Source of the DNA: Desulfosoma sp.
Lineage (GTDB): Bacteria; Desulfobacterota; Syntrophobacteria; Syntrophobacterales; DSM-9756
Direction of reading: 5' to 3'
Length of the DNA stretch: 64,000 nt
Assembly (NCBI GenBank): GCA_037481835.1
Contig: JBBFKW010000004.1
Location: 14,569 to 78,568 of the forward strand
Positions 18,997-27,830 of the stretch are shown piece after piece. Under the pieces are notes generated by a model, which saw nothing but the letters and a program-made list of their open reading frames with translations, did not search any database and was not told the DNA's origin. How positions within the stretch are numbered: the first letter of the stretch is position 1; each line of letters starts with the position of its first letter. The position numbers were made by a program, and so were the translations under genes.

Positions 18997-20007
18997 ATGA
19001 GCATCCATGCCTTGAAAAGCATCCGAGGAGCCGGCGGCCTAAACATTTACGCGTTCTTCTTTTTGTGCGCGTTGTGTTTTTTCGCAGGAACGTTGGCTTG
19101 GGTTTTCCCGACCCCAGCTCAGTCGTCCCCTTTGACCGTCGTTGCACGTCAGGACCACGAGCCCTTTTCTTATGCCGACATCCATGGCGAACCCGCCGGC
19201 ATGCTCGTGGATCTTTGGCGACTGTGGGCCCAGCGCACGGGCCGCCCCGTGCGGTTCGTGCTGGCATCGACCCCGGAACTGGAACAATGGCTGAAAGACG
19301 GTCGGGCCGACGTCTGGACCGGGATTTTCCCTTTGGGCTCCCATCCCGACGTTCTCATGACCGACCCGGTGATGCTCCTGTTTCGGGCGCCCACCGTCAC
19401 GACCCATGAAGGCGTTCTGGCCGTGCGCGCCGCCGTGCGAGGAGACAAAGCAGAGCTTCTGGCGGAAATCAGTCTTGGATTTCATCGGCTGACGGAAGAA
19501 GACCGCCGCGCCATGCTCGTCCGGTGGTGGCCGCAGGACGATTTCGTCCATGTGCCACGCGAGCGCATCGCGCTGGGGGCGCTGCTGGGATCCACCTTTC
19601 TTTTCCTTTGGGCCGTAGGCACCTACGTTTTTTACCGGTTCAAACTCAAAGGCAGATCTCAGGAGCTCCTCACCGTGTTGGCCGAACTGCGCCGCAAAAA
19701 CAACGCCTTGCAATCGGAAATCGCCGAACGCCAGCAGGTGGAAAGAGACAAGGAAAGGCTCATCCAGGAGCTTCGCGAAGCGCTGGAAAACGTGCGAAAA
19801 CTCCGCGGGCTCCTTCCCATCTGCGCCTATTGCAAAAAGATTCGAGACGACCAAGGCTATTGGAATCAATTGGAAAGCTATATCAGCCAGCATGCGGACG
19901 TGACCTTCACCCACAGCGTCTGTCCGGAATGTTCGAAAAAAATCTACGCGGAACTCAAGGCCTTCAAGGATGCTGAACAGCAAAAGAAAAAGGCCGCCTC
20001 CGGATAA
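18997..20007 (+). CDS. Membrane sensor: short PBPb-like domain, TM helix, coiled coil, C-terminal CxxC...HxxCxxC domain
   Basis: PFSY...G...GMLVDLW, GRADV; TM segment; LLPICAYCKKIRDD.GYW...FTHSVCPEC; start uncertain. Confidence 0.75.
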   Translation: MSIHALKSIRGAGGLNIYAFFFLCALCFFAGTLAWVFPTPAQSSPLTVVARQDHEPFSYADIHGEPAGMLVDLWRLWAQRTGRPVRFVLASTPELEQWLKDGRADVWTGIFPLGSHPDVLMTDPVMLLFRAPTVTTHEGVLAVRAAVRGDKAELLAEISLGFHRLTEEDRRAMLVRWWPQDDFVHVPRERIALGALLGSTFLFLWAVGTYVFYRFKLKGRSQELLTVLAELRRKNNALQSEIAERQQVERDKERLIQELREALENVRKLRGLLPICAYCKKIRDDQGYWNQLESYISQHADVTFTHSVCPECSKKIYAELKAFKDAEQQKKKAASG

Positions 20008-20034
20008 ACTCCTTCCTCGAGCGCTCCCCGTCGC

Positions 20035-20063
20035 CTGACAAACCGGCGACCTTGTGGTAAGAT
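20035..20063 (+). promoter_or_regulatory. Putative sigma70 promoter
   Basis: CTGACA-N17-TAAGAT with extended -10 TG. Confidence 0.5.
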
Positions 20064-20124
20064 GCCGTGCTCGATAGGGCACGACGCCGTAAAAACCCCA
20101 TACACTGACAGAGGATAACACATC

Positions 20125-20538
20125 ATGCACACACCGATCAGCCCGGCTCAGGAAGAGGCCACTCCCTTAAACATTCGCAATCCCTATATCGTGAACTTTC
20201 TGAAGGCCCTCGTGGAAAAGAAGGGCGAAAAGCACAGCCCGGACGTCCTGAAAAAGCTCCTGGACGACATGTACAAACTCTTCGAAAACCTTCTGGGACA
20301 AAACATGGTCAAAGCCCTGCCGGAAGACAAGCGCGCGGAATACCTCGAGCTCACGAAGGACCTCAGCAAGCTCAGCTACAAGAAGGTGGAAGAGATTTTC
20401 GACAAACACGTGCCTCATTACCAGGACGTCATGAAGGAGACGATGAAGCAGTTCACGACGCTTTTCATGAAGAACCGCCGCTTCGATCCCAAGGATTTCG
20501 AGAAAACGGAAGGCGATGCGGCGCCGCCTCAGGGGTAA
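20125..20538 (+). CDS. Helical hypothetical protein (DUF5663-like by eye)
   Basis: Own promoter, GAGGA RBS and terminator; LG..MVKALPED...VPHYQDVM pattern. Confidence 0.75.
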   Translation: MHTPISPAQEEATPLNIRNPYIVNFLKALVEKKGEKHSPDVLKKLLDDMYKLFENLLGQNMVKALPEDKRAEYLELTKDLSKLSYKKVEEIFDKHVPHYQDVMKETMKQFTTLFMKNRRFDPKDFEKTEGDAAPPQG

Positions 20539-20554
20539 AAAACCTGGAAGGGAT

Positions 20555-20589
20555 GGGCCCGGCCACGGCAGGCCGGGCCCCTTGTTTTT
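20555..20589 (+). terminator. Intrinsic terminator
   Basis: Perfect 10-bp stem GGGCCCGGCC/GGCCGGGCCC then CTTGTTTTT. Confidence 0.7.
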
Positions 20590-20688
20590 CCCAGCGGGAC
20601 CGACCTTGCCGAAGGCCCACGGTGTTCTTACCTTGCAGAGCACTGAGTTCGAGGGATGGATAAACCAACACAGATGGAGTTACACGCT

Positions 20689-20952
20689 ATGGATGATCTC
20701 ACCGTATGCCCCCACTGCGGAAGCCGAATGAAAAAGTGGCGCGTGCCCGAGTTTTCCACCTGGTCGGCGGAATTCTTCTGGGTTTGTTTCAATGACGAAT
20801 GCCCGTATTTCGTCAGAGGATGGGCTCAGATGGAAAAAACCGTGGCCAACCGTGTCTCCTATCGCTACCGCTACGACCCGGACACGGGCTATCGAGGCCC
20901 CTTGCCCGTGTGGTCCCAGGACGCCCTCAGGTCGGGAATCATCGAGGACTAG
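20689..20952 (+). CDS. Small zinc-ribbon-like protein
   Basis: CPHCG...VCFNDECPYF; GGAG RBS. Confidence 0.75.
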   Translation: MDDLTVCPHCGSRMKKWRVPEFSTWSAEFFWVCFNDECPYFVRGWAQMEKTVANRVSYRYRYDPDTGYRGPLPVWSQDALRSGIIED

Positions 20953-20984
20953 GGGGCTTGGCCGAGCGGTCCAGGCCGATGCCG

Positions 20985-21761
20985 TCAGGGACGTGCCTTC
21001 GGCCTCAAGGGACCTTCGCCCAAAAGGAAGAACTTCAGCCACGCCAAAGCGAGTTCGTAGAGGACGGCGTCGTCCTCGCGGGCTCGCTCCACGTCCATTT
21101 GCCCCCCATCAAACATGTGCAGAAATCGGCTTTCAAACACGAAGGCCCGAAACCGGTCCAGGTCGTAAGACGCCATGTAGTACATGGGGATCTGCTTTTC
21201 CGTAAGGCCCTGGCGCACGGTAGGGTGGGTGACGAGCTCCATCCAGTCGTTGTTCATGCGATGGTATTCCTGCAGCCCCTGGTCCGCAATCCATTCTTCG
21301 ACGGTCCACGTGCGCGGCTCATCGAAGCCCCGACAATGGTCTTCCACCACAAGATAATAGGATTCCAGCACGGTGCCGTGGACGCGATGCTTGCGGGACG
21401 CTCGAGCCAGAGGGTACGTCCGGCACGCGGACGGCCGGTCCGGATAGACCCGGCACCCGGCGGGCGTGACAAAGGGGCAGGTGCGCCTGTCGTTTTCCTG
21501 CATGGTGAGGCAGACAACCGGCAGCGGGCTTCCTTCCGCAACCACCACATCGGTGTAGCGGTCGAGAAATTCAGTGGTGGAAAGATGCAGGTGCCGCGAC
21601 AATCTCAAAACGTCATACGGAGTCAGCATGAGATTTAAATCCCGGCAGCACTCCGTAAAACACGAAACACCGGGATGACAGGAAAACCGGAAAGTGCCGT
21701 CCTGAATGGGTTTCAAACGGTCGCGGATTTTTTCCGGGGCCGTGCTTTCGATCTCGTCCAT
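20985..21761 (-). CDS. YkgJ-family cysteine-cluster protein
   Basis: CHPGVSCFTECC, CPF...C.VY..RP.ACR.YP, CRG. Confidence 0.88.
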   Translation of the reverse strand: MDEIESTAPEKIRDRLKPIQDGTFRFSCHPGVSCFTECCRDLNLMLTPYDVLRLSRHLHLSTTEFLDRYTDVVVAEGSPLPVVCLTMQENDRRTCPFVTPAGCRVYPDRPSACRTYPLARASRKHRVHGTVLESYYLVVEDHCRGFDEPRTWTVEEWIADQGLQEYHRMNNDWMELVTHPTVRQGLTEKQIPMYYMASYDLDRFRAFVFESRFLHMFDGGQMDVERAREDDAVLYELALAWLKFFLLGEGPLRPKARP

Positions 21762-21772
21762 CCGTCCTCTTT

Positions 21773-22489
21773 CTAAAGCACCGAAAACAGTTCGGCGATT
21801 TGGCTTCGAATATAGGCGAACGCCAGGAGCAGCTTTTCTTCCTCGTTTTCCCGCACCGCCTCATAGCGCTCGTCATCAATGCCGTAGAAGGCCCGAAATC
21901 GAGGGTCTTGCACAATGGCATCAAACCGGTCGAGATCGTAGGCCAAATACAAGAGCTTCCCCAATCCCGCTTCCATTCTTTGTCCCGGCTGGAAATCGGG
22001 CGGCATGACCTGGTGAAAGGCGCGTTCCATGGTTTCGTAGGGGCCGACCCCTTGGCTTTCCAGCCACTCGCCCACCGTCCATTGCTTGCCTTCATGGAGG
22101 CCGAAACAGCGTTTCTTGTCGGCAAGGAGGCGATAGGTGCCCTCTTCCTTGGCCAAATCCAAGGGAAACATGCGGCAGGCCCACGGCCTGTTTTCATACA
22201 CGCGACAGCCGTCGTCGGCCACGAACGGACACCGCAGGGTCTCCGGATCCATGGCGAGCTGGACGACGGGCACATGGGTCACTTTGGCCAGATAATGGCG
22301 CGTGTATCGGGCGAGGAACTCCCCCGAACCCATCTTCAAGGCGCGACGGAGCCTCAGGATGTCGTAGGGTGTGAGGTAAATGTTCACATCACGGCAGCAC
22401 TGGGTAAAACACGGCAGTTCGTGATGACAGGCAAAGCGTAACGGACTTTCTGCTCGGAAAACCGCCTGAGTGCTTTCTGCAGGGTTCAT
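21773..22489 (-). CDS. YkgJ-family cysteine-cluster protein (paralogue)
   Basis: CHHELPCFTQCC, CPF...C.VY..RP.ACR.FP, CFG. Confidence 0.88.
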   Translation of the reverse strand: MNPAESTQAVFRAESPLRFACHHELPCFTQCCRDVNIYLTPYDILRLRRALKMGSGEFLARYTRHYLAKVTHVPVVQLAMDPETLRCPFVADDGCRVYENRPWACRMFPLDLAKEEGTYRLLADKKRCFGLHEGKQWTVGEWLESQGVGPYETMERAFHQVMPPDFQPGQRMEAGLGKLLYLAYDLDRFDAIVQDPRFRAFYGIDDERYEAVRENEEEKLLLAFAYIRSQIAELFSVL

Positions 22490-22549
22490 AAAGCCGTCCT
22501 CAAAACCGGTCGAAGGACCTTTCGGGTTTTTCCATGCGGGGCCAAGAGA

Positions 22550-22804
22550 TCAGTCTTCATAGGGAAATGCCTGGAAATTCTTGAAGTCGGGATTGCCGTG
22601 CAAAAACATTTCCACAACGCGAAGGGTCTGAGGACCGCGGCATAAAATGACCTGGCACGTGCATTGGCGCCCACACGCGTCACAGAAGTAATCCTCGTTC
22701 ACCTGCCGCCCGCAAAAGCAATAAGGCGTCATGGCAAGCTGCCGTTCCTCCCACTCGGCCACGAAATAATCCCGTTGCTGAATTTTGAGCGCCTCCGGCG
22801 TCAC
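22550..22804 (-). CDS. Small Cys-rich hypothetical protein
   Basis: CFC, CDAC, CTC...C; GAAGGAG RBS before GTG. Confidence 0.7.
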   Translation of the reverse strand: MTPEALKIQQRDYFVAEWEERQLAMTPYCFCGRQVNEDYFCDACGRQCTCQVILCRGPQTLRVVEMFLHGNPDFKNFQAFPYED

Positions 22805-22832
22805 ATCGGGCTCCTTCCCTTTTCAAGAACAT

Positions 22833-22857
22833 GAGGGGCGGGCACCGCCCGCCCCTC
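22833..22857. terminator. GC-rich hairpin after the HdrD-like gene
   Basis: GAGGGGCGGG-N5-CCCGCCCCTC; only a weak T-tract. Confidence 0.4.
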
Positions 22858-22897
22858 GAGTTTGTCGTCCTCATGCCCGGCGCGGTATCGCCCAGGC

Positions 22898-24058
22898 TTA
22901 AAGAGCGGCCGCCAAAAGTTCGGACAGTTCGGCGATTTCCAGCTGCTCCTGCTTGCCCAAACTGTTGCAGGCGTCAATTAACATGTTCATGCAGTAGGGG
23001 CAAGCCGTGGCCAAAACCTCCGCGCCTTTGTCCATAGCGTCCATGACCCGCAGTTCCCCGAAACGTTCCCCCATGGGCACTTCGGCCCAGATGCGGCCGC
23101 CGCCTCCCGCGCAGCACAAGCTCAGCTCCCGGGACCGGCTCAGTTCCACGGCGCCCCCGTCCGCGGTCCTTTCCAGAAGCTGCCGCGGGGCATCGAAGAT
23201 ACCGCTGTGCCGGCCCAGGTAGCAGGGATCATGGAAGGCCACTTTTTTCGATGCATTTGGAGCAAGCTTCAGCCGCCCGTCCTGAACGCATTGGGCCAGC
23301 AGCTCCGTGTAATGGATCACTTCCCACTGCCCGCCCAACTCGGGGTATTCCTGCGTAAAGGTCCACAGGCAGTGCGGGGAGGTGGTGATGATCTTCTTCA
23401 CTCCTTTGGCGTTGAAAAGCTCGATATTTGACTGGGCCAGCTTCTGAAACAGCTCTTCGTCGCCCAGCTTGCGCATGCTCTCGCCGCAGCAGCTTTCTTC
23501 GTTCCCGATGACGCCGAAACGGATCCCCGCGGCCTTCAGCAGCTTCACAATGCTCTGCGCCACCTTGGTGCTCCGCGGGTCGTAGCAGGAGTGGCAACAC
23601 ACGAAGAGAAAGTATTCCGAATCCGGACCGAAGGTCGGCACATCCAACCCCTGCTGCCACGCCGTGCGTTTTTCACGAGGTCCGGACCAGGGATTGCCGT
23701 TGGCATGGGCACTGCCCAGAATGGGGCGCAAATTGGCCGGGGCCATCCCCGCCCCGACGATACTCGCCCGCATGGCGCGCACATTGTCCACGATCTTGAC
23801 ACCTCGAGGGCAATTGCTCTGGCACATGCTGCAGGTGGTGCACGCGAACAGGATGTGCTCGTCTTCAAAGCCTTCCATGCCCATCTGGCCGAGGCGCTGC
23901 ATGTGCCGGATGTTGAACTTTTCGCTGGTTTCCCCGGGCACCAGGCGCCACGGGCACAAGTTGGTGCACAGACCGCACTGCATGCACCAATTGACCGTCT
24001 CCGCACCCATGCTCACGATATAGTCACGCATCTCCAGCGAGACGTATTTCGGTTCCAT
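22898..24058 (-). CDS. Soluble HdrD-like Fe-S protein (2x[4Fe-4S] plus two CCG domains)
   Basis: CMQCGLCTNLCP, CTTCSMCQSNCP, ESCCG, HDPCYLGR, LCCAGGG, TACPYC; no TM helices. Confidence 0.88.
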   Translation of the reverse strand: MEPKYVSLEMRDYIVSMGAETVNWCMQCGLCTNLCPWRLVPGETSEKFNIRHMQRLGQMGMEGFEDEHILFACTTCSMCQSNCPRGVKIVDNVRAMRASIVGAGMAPANLRPILGSAHANGNPWSGPREKRTAWQQGLDVPTFGPDSEYFLFVCCHSCYDPRSTKVAQSIVKLLKAAGIRFGVIGNEESCCGESMRKLGDEELFQKLAQSNIELFNAKGVKKIITTSPHCLWTFTQEYPELGGQWEVIHYTELLAQCVQDGRLKLAPNASKKVAFHDPCYLGRHSGIFDAPRQLLERTADGGAVELSRSRELSLCCAGGGGRIWAEVPMGERFGELRVMDAMDKGAEVLATACPYCMNMLIDACNSLGKQEQLEIAELSELLAAAL

Positions 24059-24097
24059 CTTCTTCTCCTTCCGTACGGGTCTTCCAAGCCCAAACCC

Positions 24098-26317
24098 TTA
24101 AAAACCTTTGTAAGGATTGGGGCCCACGTTTTCCAAGGTAGCGGCGAAGTCGTCCAGAATCTGCGGCAACCGGGCGTAATCGGTGATGGACACCTGCTCG
24201 AAACGGACCCGATCCGATTCCAGCACCAGGCGATCCAGGGTCTCCTTGATCTTGCTCATGCGGATGTTGGCCAATTCGCTGCCTTTGACAAAATGGCACT
24301 GGTAATCGTCGCCATGCTTGCACCCCAGAAGCAGGATGCCGTCGATGCCCTTGGATAGGGCGTCGGCGATCCACACCAGGTTCATGGATCCCAGGCAGCG
24401 CACCGGGATGACCCGAACCCAGGGGTTGTATTGGGCCCGGCGGATACCCACCATGTCCAGAGCAGGGTAGGCGTCGTTTTCGCAGGCCAAGACCACAATG
24501 CGCGGTTTTTCCTCGTCTTCTTCCGGCACATCGATGTTCTTGATGACGTTGCCGATCATGCCCACGGAATAGTTCTTGAACGAGATGATCCGTTCCGGGC
24601 AGGCGCCCATGCACACGCCGCAACGGCGGCACCGCGTGGGGTTGGGCAGGGGGTTGGCTTTCTCGTCTTCGTTGATGGCGCCGAAAGGACATTCTTCTGT
24701 GCATCGCTTGCACTGGGTGCAGCGCTGCATGAAGAATTCGGGATAGCTGAGATCCCCCGCCCTGGGATGGACGGCCTTGCCTTGGGCCGTCATTTCCACA
24801 CACTGGATGGCCTTGAGCGCCGCACCGGCCGCATCGTCCATGGCTCGAGCGTAATCCATGGGCGCGCGCACGGTCCCGGCCGGGTAAATGCCTGTGCGGC
24901 GGGATTCATAGGGGAAACAGATAAAATGGGAATCGGGAAAACCGTACTTCAAGGCCGGCACTTCGGGTCCTTGCCGGTATTCCAAGTTCAGGAGGTTGGA
25001 CACCAAAATGGTGTCGGCCGGGACTTCAAGCTCTTCTTCGCCTTCCTTGGGCTGCTGGGCCTTGTAGGGCTTGCCGAGAGAGGCCGTAGAGACCATGCCC
25101 GTGGCAAGCACCACCAAATCCACGGACTCCGAGACAATGGGCGCTCTTGTGAGCACGTCCTCGGCGGAAACCGTCAAGGCTCCGGAGCCGTCGTCTTCCA
25201 CCGCGGTGACCGTTCCCCGCACAAAGACGACACCGTCCTTCTGGACCTGCTTGTAGAAAAGCTCGTAATTTCCGGTAGCCCTCATGTCCTTGTAGAAAAT
25301 GTAGACGGGCATCTCCGGGTTCTGTTCCTTGAGCACTTTGGCTTGTTTCAGGGATTCCACACAGCAGGCGGCCGAACAATACGGCAGATGCTCGGGGTCG
25401 CGGGACCCGGCGCACAGAACGAAAGCGACGCTCTTTGCGGCCTGCCCATTGGACGGCCGCACGACCCGGCCTTCCTTCAGCATGGCTTCCAATCGATCCG
25501 CCGTGATGACGTCCCCGTGTTTTCCGTAACCCAGATGTCCCAGCTTGTCCGCTTCGTAAGGAACCGAACCCGTCGCCAGCACGATGGCACCGACCCGTTC
25601 GGAGGCCTGCGAGCCGTTGGATTGGATCGTCACGTCGAACATGCACGGCGCTCCGACGATCTTTTTGATCTGAGAGCCGGTATACACGGTGATCTTCTCG
25701 TTTCCGGTCACCGCCGAAACCAGCCCATCCAAGTCGAACGTGTGGGGTTGGTCGTACGGCGGGGCAAGAGGCGGCACGGAGTGCACCGTCTGGAGATAGC
25801 CGCCGAGGGATTGGCTCTTTTCCACCAGAACGACCTCGTATCCTGCGGCGGCGGCTTCCTTGGCGGCCGTGAGGCCCGTCAGCCCCCCGCCGACCACCAA
25901 GATCCGTTTGCTCAAGTTTTCTCCTTGGAACGGGACCGGGGGCTCCATTTCCTTGGCCTTGGTGAGACCCATGCGCAGGTAGTCCTCGGCCATCATCTGG
26001 GTGTCTTCGTCCCCGGCGGGATGACTCCACACCACCTGCTCCCTGAGGTTCACGCGTTCCAGAACTTTGTCGGCCCCGAAATCAAAGACGTCGGTCATGA
26101 CCCGCGGTGAACACGCCGCAATGACCACCGTGTTGACGCCGTGGTTCGAAATATCGTCCGCAATGAGCGCGCGTCCTTCTTCCCCGCACAAAAAGCCGTG
26201 TTCCCGGCACACGGGCACCTTGTGTTCGCCGGTGGCCACCTTGGCCAGCGCCGACACATCCAACGCGTCCCCAATGCCACAGCCCGTGCAGATGTATACG
26301 CCGATTTTCTTATCCAT
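24098..26317 (-). CDS. qmoB: QmoB (HdrA + ferredoxin + MvhD-like domains)
   Basis: AACSPR, GGGLTG, CAGSRD..HLPYCSAACC, two CxxCxxC motifs, CENDAYP...RCLGS...GCKHGDDYQCH, GPNPYKGF. Confidence 0.95.
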   Translation of the reverse strand: MDKKIGVYICTGCGIGDALDVSALAKVATGEHKVPVCREHGFLCGEEGRALIADDISNHGVNTVVIAACSPRVMTDVFDFGADKVLERVNLREQVVWSHPAGDEDTQMMAEDYLRMGLTKAKEMEPPVPFQGENLSKRILVVGGGLTGLTAAKEAAAAGYEVVLVEKSQSLGGYLQTVHSVPPLAPPYDQPHTFDLDGLVSAVTGNEKITVYTGSQIKKIVGAPCMFDVTIQSNGSQASERVGAIVLATGSVPYEADKLGHLGYGKHGDVITADRLEAMLKEGRVVRPSNGQAAKSVAFVLCAGSRDPEHLPYCSAACCVESLKQAKVLKEQNPEMPVYIFYKDMRATGNYELFYKQVQKDGVVFVRGTVTAVEDDGSGALTVSAEDVLTRAPIVSESVDLVVLATGMVSTASLGKPYKAQQPKEGEEELEVPADTILVSNLLNLEYRQGPEVPALKYGFPDSHFICFPYESRRTGIYPAGTVRAPMDYARAMDDAAGAALKAIQCVEMTAQGKAVHPRAGDLSYPEFFMQRCTQCKRCTEECPFGAINEDEKANPLPNPTRCRRCGVCMGACPERIISFKNYSVGMIGNVIKNIDVPEEDEEKPRIVVLACENDAYPALDMVGIRRAQYNPWVRVIPVRCLGSMNLVWIADALSKGIDGILLLGCKHGDDYQCHFVKGSELANIRMSKIKETLDRLVLESDRVRFEQVSITDYARLPQILDDFAATLENVGPNPYKGF

Positions 26318-26321
26318 GGAC

Positions 26322-27590
26322 CTACCTCCTCACCATCGCCTGAATCGCCTTAAGGGCTGCCGCCGTCGCATCCTGCACACTGGACGCCACATCCACCGGG
26401 CGTTTCACACATCCGGCCGGGATGACGCCGCCTGACGGTTGGGCCGAAAGCATGAAGCCGTGCTCATCGTAGGCGGCTTCCGCCGGGACCTTTTGGTCCG
26501 CCGTCGTCGGGACCATCCCCGTGGCCAGAACCACCAGATCGAAAGCGTCCCGAAGAATGGCTCCCGTCTGTTGATCTTCCACCTGCACGGTCACTTGGCC
26601 CGTTTCCGCGTTTTCCCAAATTTCACCCGGCTTGCCCTTCACGAACCGGATCCGTGCATCCGATTGGACCTTTGTGTAAAAGTCCTCGTATTTTCCGAGA
26701 GCCCGAATGTCGATGTAAAAGATGGTGACGGAGGCCTGGGGGTTCTGATCCAGGACGTAGGTGGCCTGTTTCAGCGACGCCAGGCAGCAGATGCCGGAAC
26801 AGTAGGGCAGATGGTTCTCATCCCGCGAGCCGGCGCATTGCACGAAGGCGACGCGCTGCACAGGAGCGCCGTCCGAAGGGCGGACGATATTCCCCTTGGT
26901 CGGCCCGTTGGTGGACGCCAAGCGTTCCATCATGACGTTGGTGATGACGTTTTTGTATCGGCCGGCGCCGTAGTAGGCGATCTTGGATGCATCGTAGGGC
27001 ATCCAGCCGGTGGCCCAAATGACAGCCCCCACTTTCAGGTCGAAGACCTTTTCCTGCATGTCCAAATCCACGGCACCGTATGGGCAGGCCGCTCGAATCT
27101 TTTCCGCCTCCGCCGTGCCCACCACCTCCGGGGCGATGACGTAGCGCAAGGGGAAGGCGAATTCGTGGGGAAGATACGCCGCCTTCACCGTGCTCAAACC
27201 GTAGTCGAAGGGATTGGGCACTTCCGTTTCAGCCGCTTGGGCACACAGCCCGCACGCCGTGCACTTTTCGTTCACGTAGCGAGGGGCCATCTTCACCGTC
27301 ACGTCCAGATCCCCGGGTTGGCCGGCGATATTGACGACCTCAGCCATGGTGAAAAACCGCACCAGGGGGTTGTTCTTAATCCTCCTGAAGTTGATTTCAA
27401 GCCCGCAGGCCGGCGGGCACAGCTTGGGAAAGTATTTGTTCATCCGGGCCACGCGCCCGCCCAAAAACGGTTCCTTTTCGACGATGTAGACCGGAAAACC
27501 GGCTTCCGCCGCCTCCAGGGCCGCGCTCAGGCCGCTCATCCCGCCTCCTAGCACCAATACGCTGCGATGGCCGTTCGTCACATCCGACAT
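26322..27590 (-). CDS. qmoA: QmoA (HdrA-like flavoprotein)
   Basis: GGGMSG, KYFPKLCPP.CGLEINF, QCAGSRDENHLPYCSGICC; follows aprA. Confidence 0.95.
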   Translation of the reverse strand: MSDVTNGHRSVLVLGGGMSGLSAALEAAEAGFPVYIVEKEPFLGGRVARMNKYFPKLCPPACGLEINFRRIKNNPLVRFFTMAEVVNIAGQPGDLDVTVKMAPRYVNEKCTACGLCAQAAETEVPNPFDYGLSTVKAAYLPHEFAFPLRYVIAPEVVGTAEAEKIRAACPYGAVDLDMQEKVFDLKVGAVIWATGWMPYDASKIAYYGAGRYKNVITNVMMERLASTNGPTKGNIVRPSDGAPVQRVAFVQCAGSRDENHLPYCSGICCLASLKQATYVLDQNPQASVTIFYIDIRALGKYEDFYTKVQSDARIRFVKGKPGEIWENAETGQVTVQVEDQQTGAILRDAFDLVVLATGMVPTTADQKVPAEAAYDEHGFMLSAQPSGGVIPAGCVKRPVDVASSVQDATAAALKAIQAMVRR

Positions 27591-27692
27591 GGATTCTCCT
27601 CCGCTGCAAAGGATTGGCCGCACACCATCCGCCGCCTTTCGGTCTTGTCACCTTTTGTGCCTCGGATTCCCTCGGCGGCCTGGGTGTGCGTC

Positions 27693-27710
27693 TTGTGAGA
27701 CTCTTCACCC
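27693..27710. promoter_or_regulatory. Rex-like operator at the qmoA promoter
   Basis: TTGTGAG-ACTC-TTCACCC, 11/14 to TTGTGAA-N4-TTCACAA, just downstream of the -10. Confidence 0.6.
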
Positions 27711-27717
27711 GCACCGT

Positions 27718-27746
27718 CCCATAGCACAGGGACACTCGCGAGGCAA
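27718..27746 (-). promoter_or_regulatory. Putative internal promoter for qmoA
   Basis: TTGCCT-N17-TATGGG with extended -10 TG. Confidence 0.45.
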
Positions 27747-27772
27747 GGACGCGGGGTCCTTCTGCGAGCATT

Positions 27773-27810
27773 AAAAAACCCCCTGGGGCCCATTCGGGCG
27801 CCCAGGGGGT
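27773..27810 (-). terminator. Intrinsic terminator after aprA
   Basis: ACCCCCTGGG...CCCAGGGGGT stem plus T6. Confidence 0.8.
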
Positions 27811-27830
27811 GGGTGGCTCAGCCTAGACGA

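Noticed and set aside
22898..27590. Selenocysteine recoding in Qmo/Hdr genes
   Set aside because: The frames are open and all expected ligands are Cys; no in-frame TGA
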